A stretch of DNA of 64,000 bases from an uncultured delta proteobacterium (GTDB lineage Bacteria > Desulfobacterota > Desulfobacteria > Desulfobacterales > UBA2156): the NCBI GenBank assembly GCA_963736855.1, contig CAVTQK010000008.1, positions 1-64,000 on the forward strand, given 5' to 3'. Below, one piece after another: positions 38,556 to 48,827 of the stretch; the first letter of the stretch is position 1, and every line of letters starts with the position of its first letter. The notes beneath the pieces are model-generated. The model did no database searches, was not told the DNA's origin, and was given only the letters and a program-made list of their open reading frames with translations. A program made the translations under genes and the position numbers.

Positions 38556-39929
38556 TCAGCTGTCAAGGTTATACCGTCTCAGTTTTCTCCATAAAGATAC
38601 CCTGTCTATATTAAGGATTTCCGCTGCTTTGCTTTTTTTATGATCAACCTGTTCAAGCACCCAGGCGATATACTCCATTTCATTTTCTTCAAGTGTAAGA
38701 AATTCCCTTTGCCGTCTGCTTTGTATCCTGAATTTTAACTGCTGAAAATCCGGCGGAAGATGGCGCATTTCAACTGTATCCCTTTCCGCCATTACCACAG
38801 CGTGTTCAATGATATTTTCAAGTTCGCGTATATTGCCCGGATACTCATAGCTTTCAAAAACAGCCATTACATCATCGGAAATATTTACAATATCTTTACC
38901 CTGCGTTTCAGAATATTTTTTTAAAAAATACCTGCACAGAACCGGAATACTTTCTTTTCTTTCTGAAAGAGGCGGAACATGCAGTGTTATGACATTGAGA
39001 CGATAGAACAAATCCTGACGAAAAGTTCCCGCTTCTATTTCCATCGCAAGATTCTTGTTGGTAGCAGCGATTATGCGAATATCAATAGGAATTTCATCCG
39101 TTCCGCCTACCCGGATTAATGTCCTGTCCTGCAGAACTCTCAACAGTTTTACCTGCATGGAAAGAGGCATATCACCTATTTCATCTAAAAATACCGTTCC
39201 TCCATCAGCAGCCTCCAGAAGACCTTTTTTTATTCCTCGTGCCCCTGTAAAAGCTTCTTTCTCATGCCCGAAGAGTTCATTGGCAAGCAACTCCTCATTA
39301 AATGCCCCGCAGTTTATTGCAAGAAATCTTTTTTCACGGCGATTGCTCAGCCGGTGAATCATTTTAGCGACCAGTTCCTTGCCGGTTCCTGTTTCTCCAA
39401 GTATAAGCGCTGTGCAATCTGTTGGAGCAATCTGCTCTATAGTCTTTTTCAAACTTTCCATTTTAGCATTATTTCCGGTAATAAAAGTAACTTCTTTCAG
39501 GCCCCCGACACGACGTTTAAGTTCTGCGATTTCATTTTTTAGAGATTTTTTTTCAAGGGCCTGCCTTACAAGAATCCGTACTTCATCTATTTTAACCGGC
39601 TTTGGTATGTAATAAAAAGCGCCCCTCTGCATTGCGTCAACTGCCGTAGCAACCGTTGCATACCCTGTTATAATGATAACTTCCGTATCCGGATACAGCT
39701 CTTTTGTCTTTTCAAGAACCTCAAGTCCGTCAACTACCTGCATTTTAAGGTCTGTGAGCACAAGATCAAATTCTGTTTTATTAAGCTCCTTTAAAGCAGC
39801 AATTCCGCTTTCAACAGATACGGTTTCATACCCTTCTTTATTAAGGATATGACCCAGATTTTCTCTTGCAATCTGCTCATCATCAACAATTAATATCCGG
39901 GCATTTTTTGTCATTATGGCCTCCTTCAA
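38556..39929 (-). CDS. sigma54-dependent response regulator
   Basis: REC; GETGTGKE; EAFTGA; HTH. Confidence 0.92.
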   Translation of the reverse strand: MKEAIMTKNARILIVDDEQIARENLGHILNKEGYETVSVESGIAALKELNKTEFDLVLTDLKMQVVDGLEVLEKTKELYPDTEVIIITGYATVATAVDAMQRGAFYYIPKPVKIDEVRILVRQALEKKSLKNEIAELKRRVGGLKEVTFITGNNAKMESLKKTIEQIAPTDCTALILGETGTGKELVAKMIHRLSNRREKRFLAINCGAFNEELLANELFGHEKEAFTGARGIKKGLLEAADGGTVFLDEIGDMPLSMQVKLLRVLQDRTLIRVGGTDEIPIDIRIIAATNKNLAMEIEAGTFRQDLFYRLNVITLHVPPLSERKESIPVLCRYFLKKYSETQGKDIVNISDDVMAVFESYEYPGNIRELENIIEHAVVMAERDTVEMRHLPPDFQQLKFRIQSRRQREFLTLEENEMEYIAWVLEQVDHKKSKAAEILNIDRVSLWRKLRRYNLDS

Positions 39930-41362
39930 ACCCGTTTATGTAAAGGAAGCCGGATTATAAACCTAGTGCCTTCTCCGACCTTGCTCTCAACCGAGATAGA
40001 GCCTTTATGCTGTTGTATAATTCCATAGACTATCGAGAGGCCTAAACCGGTTCCAATCCCTACTTCTTTTGTAGTGAAAAATGGGTCGAAAATCACATCA
40101 AAATTCTTCTCCGGAATGCCAATTCCTGTATCTTCAACAGTTATCACGGCCATTTCGCTGATATAATCCGGTCTTGCCGATACTATTATCAGCCCGGATG
40201 AGCTTTCGATAGCCTGAACCGCATTGATAATAAGATTTAGAAATACCTCTTGAATACGCTGTATATCAATATCCAGCACTAAATCGTTCGGTATATCTTT
40301 CTGAATCTCGATTCCGGAAGGCACATGGCTTGAAACAAGTTTTATCGAGCGTTCTGCCACTTCATCAAGAGAAGCGGGGGCTATAGCAAAGTCCCTGTCT
40401 CTCGAAAAGTCCAGCAGCCCCCTTACGGTATCTCTTGCCCTGTTAACTTCCTGTTCGATATTAGAAAGCAACCTGCGCATAAGTTCTGGATCCGCTTTGT
40501 CTCCTTCTTCAAGAAGTATCTGGCAGGAAGTAGAAATGTTATTTAAGGGATTATTGAGTTGGTGGGCAACGCCGGAAGTAAGAGTTCCTATTGACGACAA
40601 TTTTTTAGTTCGAACCAGTTGTTCCTGACGTTTTTCAAGTTCTGCAATCATGCGGTTGAACGCTTCGACAACCCGCTGTGTTTCATCCCTTGTATTTTGC
40701 ACCGGAAGAAAATCAAAATTTCCTCTTGCTATCTTGAGTGTTGTTTCCTCAATTATTCTCAAAGGCTTTATTATCTTTTTAGCCATGATCGGTATTAAAA
40801 ATATCCCCACTGACAGAAATAATGTTACATTAATGATAATATTCTTTTTCAATTGACCGATTATAGCAAGAATTCTTTCTCTCTCAAAAGTGACTAGGGC
40901 TATCGACCTGTCTACAAGGTTTTTTCCTTTTGCCCGCAAATTTTCTTCCAGATCATTGTCACAGGACCGTCTTCCCGCTAGAACACAAACAGCCATCTTA
41001 TCCATCAGGCTTTCATACTCTGCTAAACCCTGTTCAATCAATCCAATCTGAGGCGCACCTTTCATTTTTATCATATCTTCAGAAATGTTTGAAAGCACTG
41101 TAATGCCCTTTTGAATATAACGCCTGTTTTCATCTAGATCTTCATGAAAACCATAGAGGAGAAAGTTTTTTTCATACCTCCTTATCTCAAGTATTATATT
41201 GCTGAGATCATCAGCAACTTCAACAAGGTGTTCTTTTTGTTCTATCTGACGTAAAAACCGGTATGAATTTACACCTACAAAACCTATTACGAGAAGACAT
41301 ATGGTAAGACCGACGATTATTTTTTCGCGGATATTTAAAGAAATATTTTTTATTCTAAACAA
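39926..41362 (-). CDS. HAMP sensor histidine kinase
   Basis: [14 protein letters not shown]. Confidence 0.92.
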   Translation of the reverse strand: MFRIKNISLNIREKIIVGLTICLLVIGFVGVNSYRFLRQIEQKEHLVEVADDLSNIILEIRRYEKNFLLYGFHEDLDENRRYIQKGITVLSNISEDMIKMKGAPQIGLIEQGLAEYESLMDKMAVCVLAGRRSCDNDLEENLRAKGKNLVDRSIALVTFERERILAIIGQLKKNIIINVTLFLSVGIFLIPIMAKKIIKPLRIIEETTLKIARGNFDFLPVQNTRDETQRVVEAFNRMIAELEKRQEQLVRTKKLSSIGTLTSGVAHQLNNPLNNISTSCQILLEEGDKADPELMRRLLSNIEQEVNRARDTVRGLLDFSRDRDFAIAPASLDEVAERSIKLVSSHVPSGIEIQKDIPNDLVLDIDIQRIQEVFLNLIINAVQAIESSSGLIIVSARPDYISEMAVITVEDTGIGIPEKNFDVIFDPFFTTKEVGIGTGLGLSIVYGIIQQHKGSISVESKVGEGTRFIIRLPLHKRV

Positions 41363-41939
41363 TTTATCACCTCATCCAAATTTTCCTTATCAATATTAAA
41401 CTGAAGCAGCCACGATCTACGGTTATCCTTCAAAAACACCAATAATAGAATTTATGGCGTTTAACTGGAATTGTTGCTTCGGATTAAAATGAAGTTTCAA
41501 TCGAATCCTCTCTAATTTTACCCTGCTGTTTTAAAAGCTGAGGATGCTCCAGGCCCAAGGCGTCCAAGGGCGAAGCCGTAGTATTTTACTGCGAGCCCTT
41601 GGCAACGAAGGAGATTGGGCACCTTCGACTTTCCCTCCGGGGAAAAAAATGACAAATTTTTTTTGTTTTAGAAGTCACCAAAAGTCTATTCGCGAACCAT
41701 GCCTAAACGTATTCAAATGCCCTGTTATCTTTCTTTTTTTCTATACCTTGTCATGTTTTTATGCAACTGCGGGGTTTATACAAGCTGTTCAACTGATCGG
41801 AAGTCACTTTTTTATTGGCGGATTAAGTGCGGGACTGAATTGTGTTTTTCCACGATCTGCGCCCTAAGATATGGGAACCTGCAGTTGACAAGGATTATGA
41901 ATTTTCAACTATCCTAAGGTGAATGCGCTGTCAATTGGA

Positions 41940-42500
41940 ATTTTATCGGCATATTGATGAAACTTTAGCCGATTTGAACAGAGCTCATCTGTCTGCGCCT
42001 GCCTGTCGCGTTCGCGACGCAGACAGGTGCTTCGCACAGAAAGGTCGGTTCAACTTTAACCGGTTTTTTTTAAAAGAATACATCCATGGGATAAACCGGA
42101 TCGGTGATGTAATTCTCTGCGTAAGGGGCGAGGCAGTCATCCCATGTTGGGGGCTCAATCATTGGCTGGTCATAGGCGACGGGTCTTGGCAGGCGTTTGA
42201 ATCGAAACAGCGAGCACATTCCCTGCAGCTTGCTGTAGGGAACTCTTCAATTCCCACAAATTCAGGCGCTTGAGTATTTTCATAATGACATCCAGGTCTT
42301 CGATCAACGCTACCACCCGCGCCTGCCTGCCGGAAGGCAGGTGATATAACGGGCCAGGTTTTCCATGGATGTCTGATCCCTGGGGAGGATTCTTTTGCCG
42401 CAATAGACGTTGAAGCCGGTATGCCGCCATTTAACCGGCAAAACGGTCGTGTCTTTTGTGATTTTGTTTTTTTCCAGGAGCATCTTGAGCACATGTTATC
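41940..42500 (-). mobile_element. IS91-family transposase relic, internally deleted
   Basis: WRHTGFNVYCGKRILPRD..LARYI; IEDLDVIMKILKRLNLWE; YITDPVYPMDVFF*. Confidence 0.7.
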
Positions 42501-42752
42501 TGAAAAGGCGCTCCAGAGTCCGGCAATCGATGTGGGATGCGACGGGAAGCATGCCGCTCTTTTTGGGAAACAACCGTCCGACCTGTCTGCCTTGCTGCGC
42601 AGCTCCACAGGCATTGATGAGCCCGTGCAGATGGGGATTAATCCTAAAAAAATCCCCGAAGGTGCTATCTCTTGCAGGAAAAGTGGAGCTGTCAGTTTTA
42701 CCAGGCGTTACATAGCGGCTTTTTGTTTGACTTGACCGGGTATTGTATGTAT

Positions 42753-42786
42753 TGACAAACCGACTGTGTGCTCAGTCGGTTTGTCA
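42753..42786. promoter_or_regulatory. Perfect 14-bp inverted repeat, candidate TetR operator
   Basis: tgacaaaccgactg-N6-cagtcggtttgtca just before the TetR RBS. Confidence 0.7.
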
Positions 42787-42804
42787 GTGATAAAGGAGGC
42801 CGAT

Positions 42805-43383
42805 TTGTCAAAAAAGGAGGTGATTTTAAAAGCTGCAGCAAAGCTGTTTTCGGAAAAGGGTTTTAAATTTACTTCTATGGCTGAAATTTCCAGAATCACC
42901 GGGGCTGCTGAAGGAACAATTTTTTATCATTTTAAAAGCAAAGAGGAATTGTTTTTATCCATACTGGAAAGGATCAGAGAGACCGTATCAACAGAGATAA
43001 AAAATCATTTCAGCAACAACATGTATCCAACCGGCATGGAAATGATGGACGGCGCCGTCTCTTTTTATCTGGGTCTTCCCGGAAAGATGGAGGACTGGTT
43101 TTTTGTTCTGCACAGACATTATACATATGATCTTGCGGCAGTGAATCCGGTTTGCAAAGGGGATGTTGACACAATATTCAATTGTTTTTTAGACCTTTTT
43201 GAGAGCGCAATAATGAAAGGGCAGAAAGACGGCTCAATTGCCGATCTGCCGGCGCGAAAAACAGCCTGTATCATATTTGCCGCTGCTGACGGCCTTATCC
43301 GGTTCAACAATTATAATCTTTACAATACAAATTTGCTTTATAAAGAATTTATTGAATCCTTAAGAAAGATGCTGAAAAAATAA
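42805..43383 (+). CDS. TetR family regulator
   Basis: ILKAAAKLFSEKGF..GTIFYHFKSKEEL; RBS aaggagg, TTG start. Confidence 0.9.
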   Translation: MSKKEVILKAAAKLFSEKGFKFTSMAEISRITGAAEGTIFYHFKSKEELFLSILERIRETVSTEIKNHFSNNMYPTGMEMMDGAVSFYLGLPGKMEDWFFVLHRHYTYDLAAVNPVCKGDVDTIFNCFLDLFESAIMKGQKDGSIADLPARKTACIIFAAADGLIRFNNYNLYNTNLLYKEFIESLRKMLKK

Positions 43384-43395
43384 TATAACAAATAG

Positions 43396-45531
43396 GTGCT
43401 GAATATGCTGACCCGAATTTTCCCTTTTCTTGCCTGGTTTAAAAAATACAGTCTTGAAGCGTTCAGAATTGATGCTGTTGCCGGATTGACTGTGGCTCTT
43501 GTTCTTATCCCCCAGTCCATGGCCTATGCCCAGCTGGCAGGGCTGCCGCCGTATTATGGGCTTTATGCCGCCTTCATTCCTCCCATGATTGCCGCGCTCT
43601 TCGGCTCAAGCCGCCAACTTGCAACAGGCCCTGTAGCCGTTGTTTCTCTTATGACATCCGCATCTCTTGAGCCGCTTGCAACAGCAGGAAGCGAAGGATT
43701 TATAGCATATGCAATCCTGCTGGCTCTCATGGTCGGAGTTTTTCAGTTTGCGCTAGGAGTCTTAAGGCTCGGTCTGGTTGTCAATTTTCTCTCCCATCCT
43801 GTTGTAAACGGGTTCACAAATGCCGCCGCGATCATAATAGCAACTTCCCAGCTCTCTAAGATGTTCGGTGTCAATGTCGATAATGAGGCGCATCATTATG
43901 AGACAATCATCAAGGTCGTAAAGGCCGCAATGCATTACACCCACTGGCCCACTTTCTTCATGGGAGCGTTTGCCTTTGCGATCATGTATGGGCTGAAGCG
44001 TGTCGCGCCCAAAATTCCTAATGTGCTTGTTGCTGTTGCCATCACCACTCTCATATCATGGGGGATAGGGTTTAATTATAATGCCAAAGTCGACGTTTCC
44101 AATATTGAATCACCCGAAGCGCAGGATCTGATATCAAAATTCAACTCGGCGGTTGGCAAGATAGCCCCTCTTTCGGAAAAGCGGACACAGGCAGTTGCGG
44201 TTCTTGATGAGGTAAAAAAAAATGGCGATCTGATTGCAGTGCTCGATGCGGAGCGTGATGTAAATGTAATTGCTACCCAGATCGAGGTACTGAGGCTTGA
44301 GACGCGCAATTACAGAGAGAAAATAAGGGACCTCCTGTTTGAAGGAGTCAAGGACCCGGAAGGCAATATGAAATTTTATCCGGTAAAGCAGGCTCCTGAA
44401 AGTCTTAAAACAGACGGCCGCATATGGCGGATAAAAGCCGGCAACAATCCCATTAAAACAGACATGATGACAATGATCGGAGGAGGAGAAGTCGTTGGCG
44501 CCATTCCGAAAGGGCTTCCCAAATTCTCCATGCCGAAAATGGATTTGAAGGTTATTTTAAAAATTCTCCCGTTTGCGGCGATAATCTCACTTCTCGGTTT
44601 CATGGAAGCCATATCCATAGCCAAGGCGATGGCGGCCAAAACAGGGCAGCGGCTTGATCCGAACCAGGAATTGATAGGACAGGGACTCGCAAACATGCTG
44701 GGCTCCTTTTCAAACGGATATCCGGTTTCAGGATCATTTTCAAGATCGGCCGTAAACTTACAGGCCGGGGCGGTTACAGGCCTGTCAAGTGTTTTTACCA
44801 GTACGGCTGTTGTAATAACGCTTATGTTTTTTACGCCGCTTCTTTACTTTCTGCCCCAGTCTGTTCTTGCAGCGGTAATAATGATGGCTGTTATCGGCCT
44901 GATAAATGTGGCGGGCTTCATGCACGCCTGGAGGGCAAAGTGGTATGACGGCGCCATTTCGATTTTATCCTTCATATTCACACTTGCGTTTGCTCCCCAC
45001 CTCGACAAGGGCATCACTATAGGGGTTGTGTTATCGCTCGGTGTGTTTCTTTATAACAGCATGAGGCCGAAAGTTGCTTCATTGTCGCGGCATGAAGATG
45101 AAGCTCTCCGCGATTCGGCCGCTTTCGGTCTTAAACAGTGTGAGTTTATCGACATGGTTCGTTTTGACGGACCGCTCTTTTTTGCAAATGCCAGTTACCT
45201 TGAAGATAAAATCACCGAGCGGCTCATGACGAAAAAGAACCTTAAGCATATTGTGATCGTGTGCAACGGCATCAATGATATCGACGCGTCGGGTGAAGAA
45301 ACTTTATCTTTGGTTGTCGACAGAACAAGAAGCGGCGGAGTTGATATCTCGTTCAGCGGCGTGAATGAAACGGTGATGAATGTTTTTATAAACACCCACT
45401 TGCTTGAAAAAATCGGTCCAGACCACATCTATCCAACGATGGAAAAGGCCGTATGTTCGGTTTATGACCAGACACACACAGACAACAGGGAAGAGATGTG
45501 CCCGCTTCGGACCACATGCCGTCTTACCTGA
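43396..45531 (+). CDS. SulP family anion transporter with STAS domain
   Basis: PQSMAYA; GSFSRS; FFANA; DASG. Confidence 0.92.
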   Translation: MLNMLTRIFPFLAWFKKYSLEAFRIDAVAGLTVALVLIPQSMAYAQLAGLPPYYGLYAAFIPPMIAALFGSSRQLATGPVAVVSLMTSASLEPLATAGSEGFIAYAILLALMVGVFQFALGVLRLGLVVNFLSHPVVNGFTNAAAIIIATSQLSKMFGVNVDNEAHHYETIIKVVKAAMHYTHWPTFFMGAFAFAIMYGLKRVAPKIPNVLVAVAITTLISWGIGFNYNAKVDVSNIESPEAQDLISKFNSAVGKIAPLSEKRTQAVAVLDEVKKNGDLIAVLDAERDVNVIATQIEVLRLETRNYREKIRDLLFEGVKDPEGNMKFYPVKQAPESLKTDGRIWRIKAGNNPIKTDMMTMIGGGEVVGAIPKGLPKFSMPKMDLKVILKILPFAAIISLLGFMEAISIAKAMAAKTGQRLDPNQELIGQGLANMLGSFSNGYPVSGSFSRSAVNLQAGAVTGLSSVFTSTAVVITLMFFTPLLYFLPQSVLAAVIMMAVIGLINVAGFMHAWRAKWYDGAISILSFIFTLAFAPHLDKGITIGVVLSLGVFLYNSMRPKVASLSRHEDEALRDSAAFGLKQCEFIDMVRFDGPLFFANASYLEDKITERLMTKKNLKHIVIVCNGINDIDASGEETLSLVVDRTRSGGVDISFSGVNETVMNVFINTHLLEKIGPDHIYPTMEKAVCSVYDQTHTDNREEMCPLRTTCRLT

Positions 45532-45558
45532 TAATAGATTAAAAAAGGGAGGTTTTTT

Positions 45559-46776
45559 ATGTCTGTAATTGCTATTTTCAGCGGCACCTTCTGCAAAAAT
45601 GAGCTTGTTGTTAAGAATGTGCTTTCATCCACGGGATATAAGCTTGTAACAGACAATGACATTGTTGCCGAAGCAGGCAGGCTTTCAGGGATATCGGCAA
45701 ATAAGATAATGAGAGCTTTCTCGGCCAAGGAATCTGTCTTTAATAACTTTACACACGAAAAAGAGGTTTCAATAGCCTGGCTTAAACTTGCAGTGGCGGA
45801 AAAACTCGCTGGAGATGAACTTCTTGTTTCCGGTTTTGCAGGGAGTCTTATTCCTAAAAGCATAAGCCATGTGCTCAGGGTTTGCCTTATAGCCGATATG
45901 AAATTCAGGATTTCCCATGCTGCTGCCGAGCAGAAGATCTCAGAGAAAGAAGCCGCGAAAATAATTCACAAACAGGATGAAGACAGGATAGCATGGATAA
46001 GCAATCTGTTTAAGAAAAATGATCCGTGGGATTCCTCCCTTTACGACCTCGTCATCCCGATGGATAAGATGGATCTGGAGAAGGCGGCATCTCTTATTAC
46101 AGAGAATGCCGGAAAGGCGGTTGTAAAAACGACTATCCATTCCAGAAAGGCGGTTGATGATTTTTTCGTAGCCTCAAAAGTGGAAATGCACCTTGCCCGG
46201 GAAGGACATCATGTTGATATTTCGGCAAAAGACGGTACCGTGACAATAATCATAAACAAGCATGTTCTTCTGCTGAGCAAGCTTGAAGATGAGCTTAAGG
46301 CTATCGCCCGCAAGGTGCCCGAAGTCAAGGCGGTTGAAACCAAAGTGGGTGAGGGATACTACCAGACTGATATATACAGAAAATATGATTTTAAAATGCC
46401 GTCTAAAGTGCTTCTTGTTGATGACGAACGTGAATTTGTTCAGACTCTGTCGGAACGGCTTATCATGCGCGACATGGGTTCAGCTGTGGTATATGACGGG
46501 GAATCGGCGCTTAACCTGGTTTCGGAAGACGAGCCGGAAGTCATGATTCTGGACCTTAAGATGCCCGGCATAAACGGTATCGAAGTTTTAAGAAGAGTCA
46601 AACAGAACAACCCTGAAATCGAGGTGATAATTCTTACCGGCCACGGAACAGATGCCGACAAGGAGTTGTGCATGAAACTGGGCGCGTTTGCATACCTTCA
46701 AAAGCCGGTCGATATAGAACTTTTGAGCGACACCTTAAAGAAAGCCAATGACAAAATAAATAAAAATAAATCTTAA
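45559..46776 (+). CDS. Cytidylate-kinase-like plus BON-like plus receiver domain protein
   Basis: Paralogous to 33761-34570 with a C-terminal REC domain. Confidence 0.82.
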   Translation: MSVIAIFSGTFCKNELVVKNVLSSTGYKLVTDNDIVAEAGRLSGISANKIMRAFSAKESVFNNFTHEKEVSIAWLKLAVAEKLAGDELLVSGFAGSLIPKSISHVLRVCLIADMKFRISHAAAEQKISEKEAAKIIHKQDEDRIAWISNLFKKNDPWDSSLYDLVIPMDKMDLEKAASLITENAGKAVVKTTIHSRKAVDDFFVASKVEMHLAREGHHVDISAKDGTVTIIINKHVLLLSKLEDELKAIARKVPEVKAVETKVGEGYYQTDIYRKYDFKMPSKVLLVDDEREFVQTLSERLIMRDMGSAVVYDGESALNLVSEDEPEVMILDLKMPGINGIEVLRRVKQNNPEIEVIILTGHGTDADKELCMKLGAFAYLQKPVDIELLSDTLKKANDKINKNKS

Positions 46777-46792
46777 CTTCTTAAAATTATTT

Positions 46793-46823
46793 GATAATAA
46801 TGGTGGAGGCGGCGGGAGTCGAA
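46793..46823. repeat. att site: 31-bp duplication of the tmRNA 3' end
   Basis: gataataatggtggaggcggcgggagtcgaa, identical to 56465-56495. Confidence 0.92.
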
Positions 46824-47298
46824 GTCCAAAGTTTGTAATTTTCTTAATTAGTTGATATACATGGCTTTCCCATTGGTTTCAGTATGTTAAAGTTATTTTC
46901 CTAATACTTCAATATGTTCATTATCAACCGTTTGGTTCAATGAAAACGAATTAATCTTACGAGATTTCTACCAGACCTTTTTTACGGCACTGCAGAATGT
47001 GAAAGTGTGTGTTCCGGGCACCCTCGATTCTGTCCGTCTATACATTCTTACCCACGTAGCATAGAATAATATCCATGTATATTTAAGCCCTTATCCCCAT
47101 TCAAACCCTTACAATCTGTCCTTCTGGTCAGTAAATCAGACCTTGAGAATCCAACTTTTTTCATTAAAAAACCCGACGTAGGATAATACAGCATAGCATC
47201 ACATCAAGAAGGAAGAAAGAAGGGGTGTTAGGGCTATCCTACTGTAATCTAAATGTATTTTATACTATACTACGGTAAAAGCCCCAGCATTTCGATTT

Positions 47299-47559
47299 TC
47301 ATACTTTCACCTTTTCAACCCCGTCCACCACCTGGCGGACATCAGCCAGGCATCACCGACCCTTTGGATTTTTATTCGCGCAATCGCATCCCCCACGCTT
47401 CTTTTCTGCTGCGATTTTGGCCATTATCGTCGATGTACCGTTTTCAAGGAAATCCTGTTCGATGTCTTTTCGACTATGGCCGAAACAAAAACAAACCAAT
47501 GCGTCAGGTTGAAATTCGGCTTTTTTCTCCACAAAGGGTTTGAGAATTTGCCGGTTCAT
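47299..47559 (-). CDS. Candidate selenoprotein, BFD/CopZ-associated Cys-rich metal-binding domain (Sec at 47353-47355)
   Basis: VCFCF..GCDCANKNPKGR-TGA-CLADVRQVV; hairpin 12 nt after the UGA. Confidence 0.72.
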
Positions 47560-47856
47560 GTTTTTATCTTCAACAATGGTATGGCGGTTTCGATGAGAAA
47601 TCAAGGTAATGTTCGGACCAGATAACCGCAAGAATCAGTGGCGATTCTTTAAAGGGGGAAATTCTTGTATAAATGGTGGTATTGTATAATAATATAGAAG
47701 AGTTATAATGTATCTTCTTGTCTGATAGTGTAAAGTGAAAACTTGGTTATTGAGGATTAGGAGGAATGCTTGGGGGTGAAGGGTTTTAAAAAACGTTGCA
47801 AAAATGACAACCAAACTCATCGGCGAGCGGCAAGCTCGCTGGTTTAGAAGAAATCT

Positions 47857-48756
47857 TTATTTGACAAATTCAGGATAAAGTTTTTTTATGCATTCCGGAC
47901 AAATACCGTGACTGAATTCCGCTTCGGAATGATCGTGAATATAGGATTCGATTTGATTCCAGTATCCCTTATCATCCCTGATTTTTTTGCAGGATGCGCA
48001 GATGGGCAGAAGGCCTTGCAATATTTTGATCTTTTCCTTTGCCTCATCCCGCTTTCGGATTTGCGTTTTAAGTTGAGCAAAACCGATTAGGATTCCTAAA
48101 AGTCCAAGTGCCCAGACGACTGTGAAGCCCGTTAAAATCATCAGGGTCTGGGACCGCGCCGCCGCCTGGTACGGAGCAAACGGCACCGAGATGCTGATCC
48201 CGCCCCGGATGTCGCCCACCTTGTATCCCTGATCGGCGTGACACTTGAGGCAGCTTTCCTCCACCATGAATGGTCGCATGAGACGAAAGTATGCCTTCTG
48301 GTCGATGGTATCCACTTCGGTGATCTCTTTTTTCCCCTGCTCCATGGCGCGAAGCGCTTCTGTTTCCCAGAGGTCGGGTGCGTTTTCCGGCCGAATGGGT
48401 TTAAGGCTCGTGATATGCCCCCGAAGGCCGTATTGTTCGAAACCCAGCTCATGGACCTGTCGAGTCATGTAAGCCGGATTGATAAGGGTCAGGGTGCGGC
48501 CGGAAGGAGTGGAAATATCTCGTTCCGGGATGTGTATCAAATAGGGATTTGAGGGCGTTTTCTCCGTAACGGGTGCATAAACTCCGCCGTGCATGGCACC
48601 CCATCGACGATATGCCACATCCTTGTTGAAGCTGGTAGTTGCCTCGAATCGGGCCAGGTTCGAAAATTCCTTCCGGATGCTCACCAGATTGATGATCATC
48701 GCGGTGGCGAGGGCGACGGTCCAGATACATGGAAGAACCCAGGTGTAGCGATGCAA
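47857..48756 (-). CDS. Membrane c-type heme sensor (DUF3365-like) with a Cys/His-rich cytoplasmic tail
   Basis: CLKCH between two TM segments; PICASCKKIRDD..SHGICPEC. Confidence 0.8.
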   Translation of the reverse strand: MHRYTWVLPCIWTVALATAMIINLVSIRKEFSNLARFEATTSFNKDVAYRRWGAMHGGVYAPVTEKTPSNPYLIHIPERDISTPSGRTLTLINPAYMTRQVHELGFEQYGLRGHITSLKPIRPENAPDLWETEALRAMEQGKKEITEVDTIDQKAYFRLMRPFMVEESCLKCHADQGYKVGDIRGGISISVPFAPYQAAARSQTLMILTGFTVVWALGLLGILIGFAQLKTQIRKRDEAKEKIKILQGLLPICASCKKIRDDKGYWNQIESYIHDHSEAEFSHGICPECIKKLYPEFVK

Positions 48757-48827
48757 GGGGTCATATCCCTTCAGCTTGATGTCAGACGGATCTATGTTTC
48801 ACCTTGTGGGGCTTGATGATTGATTCT

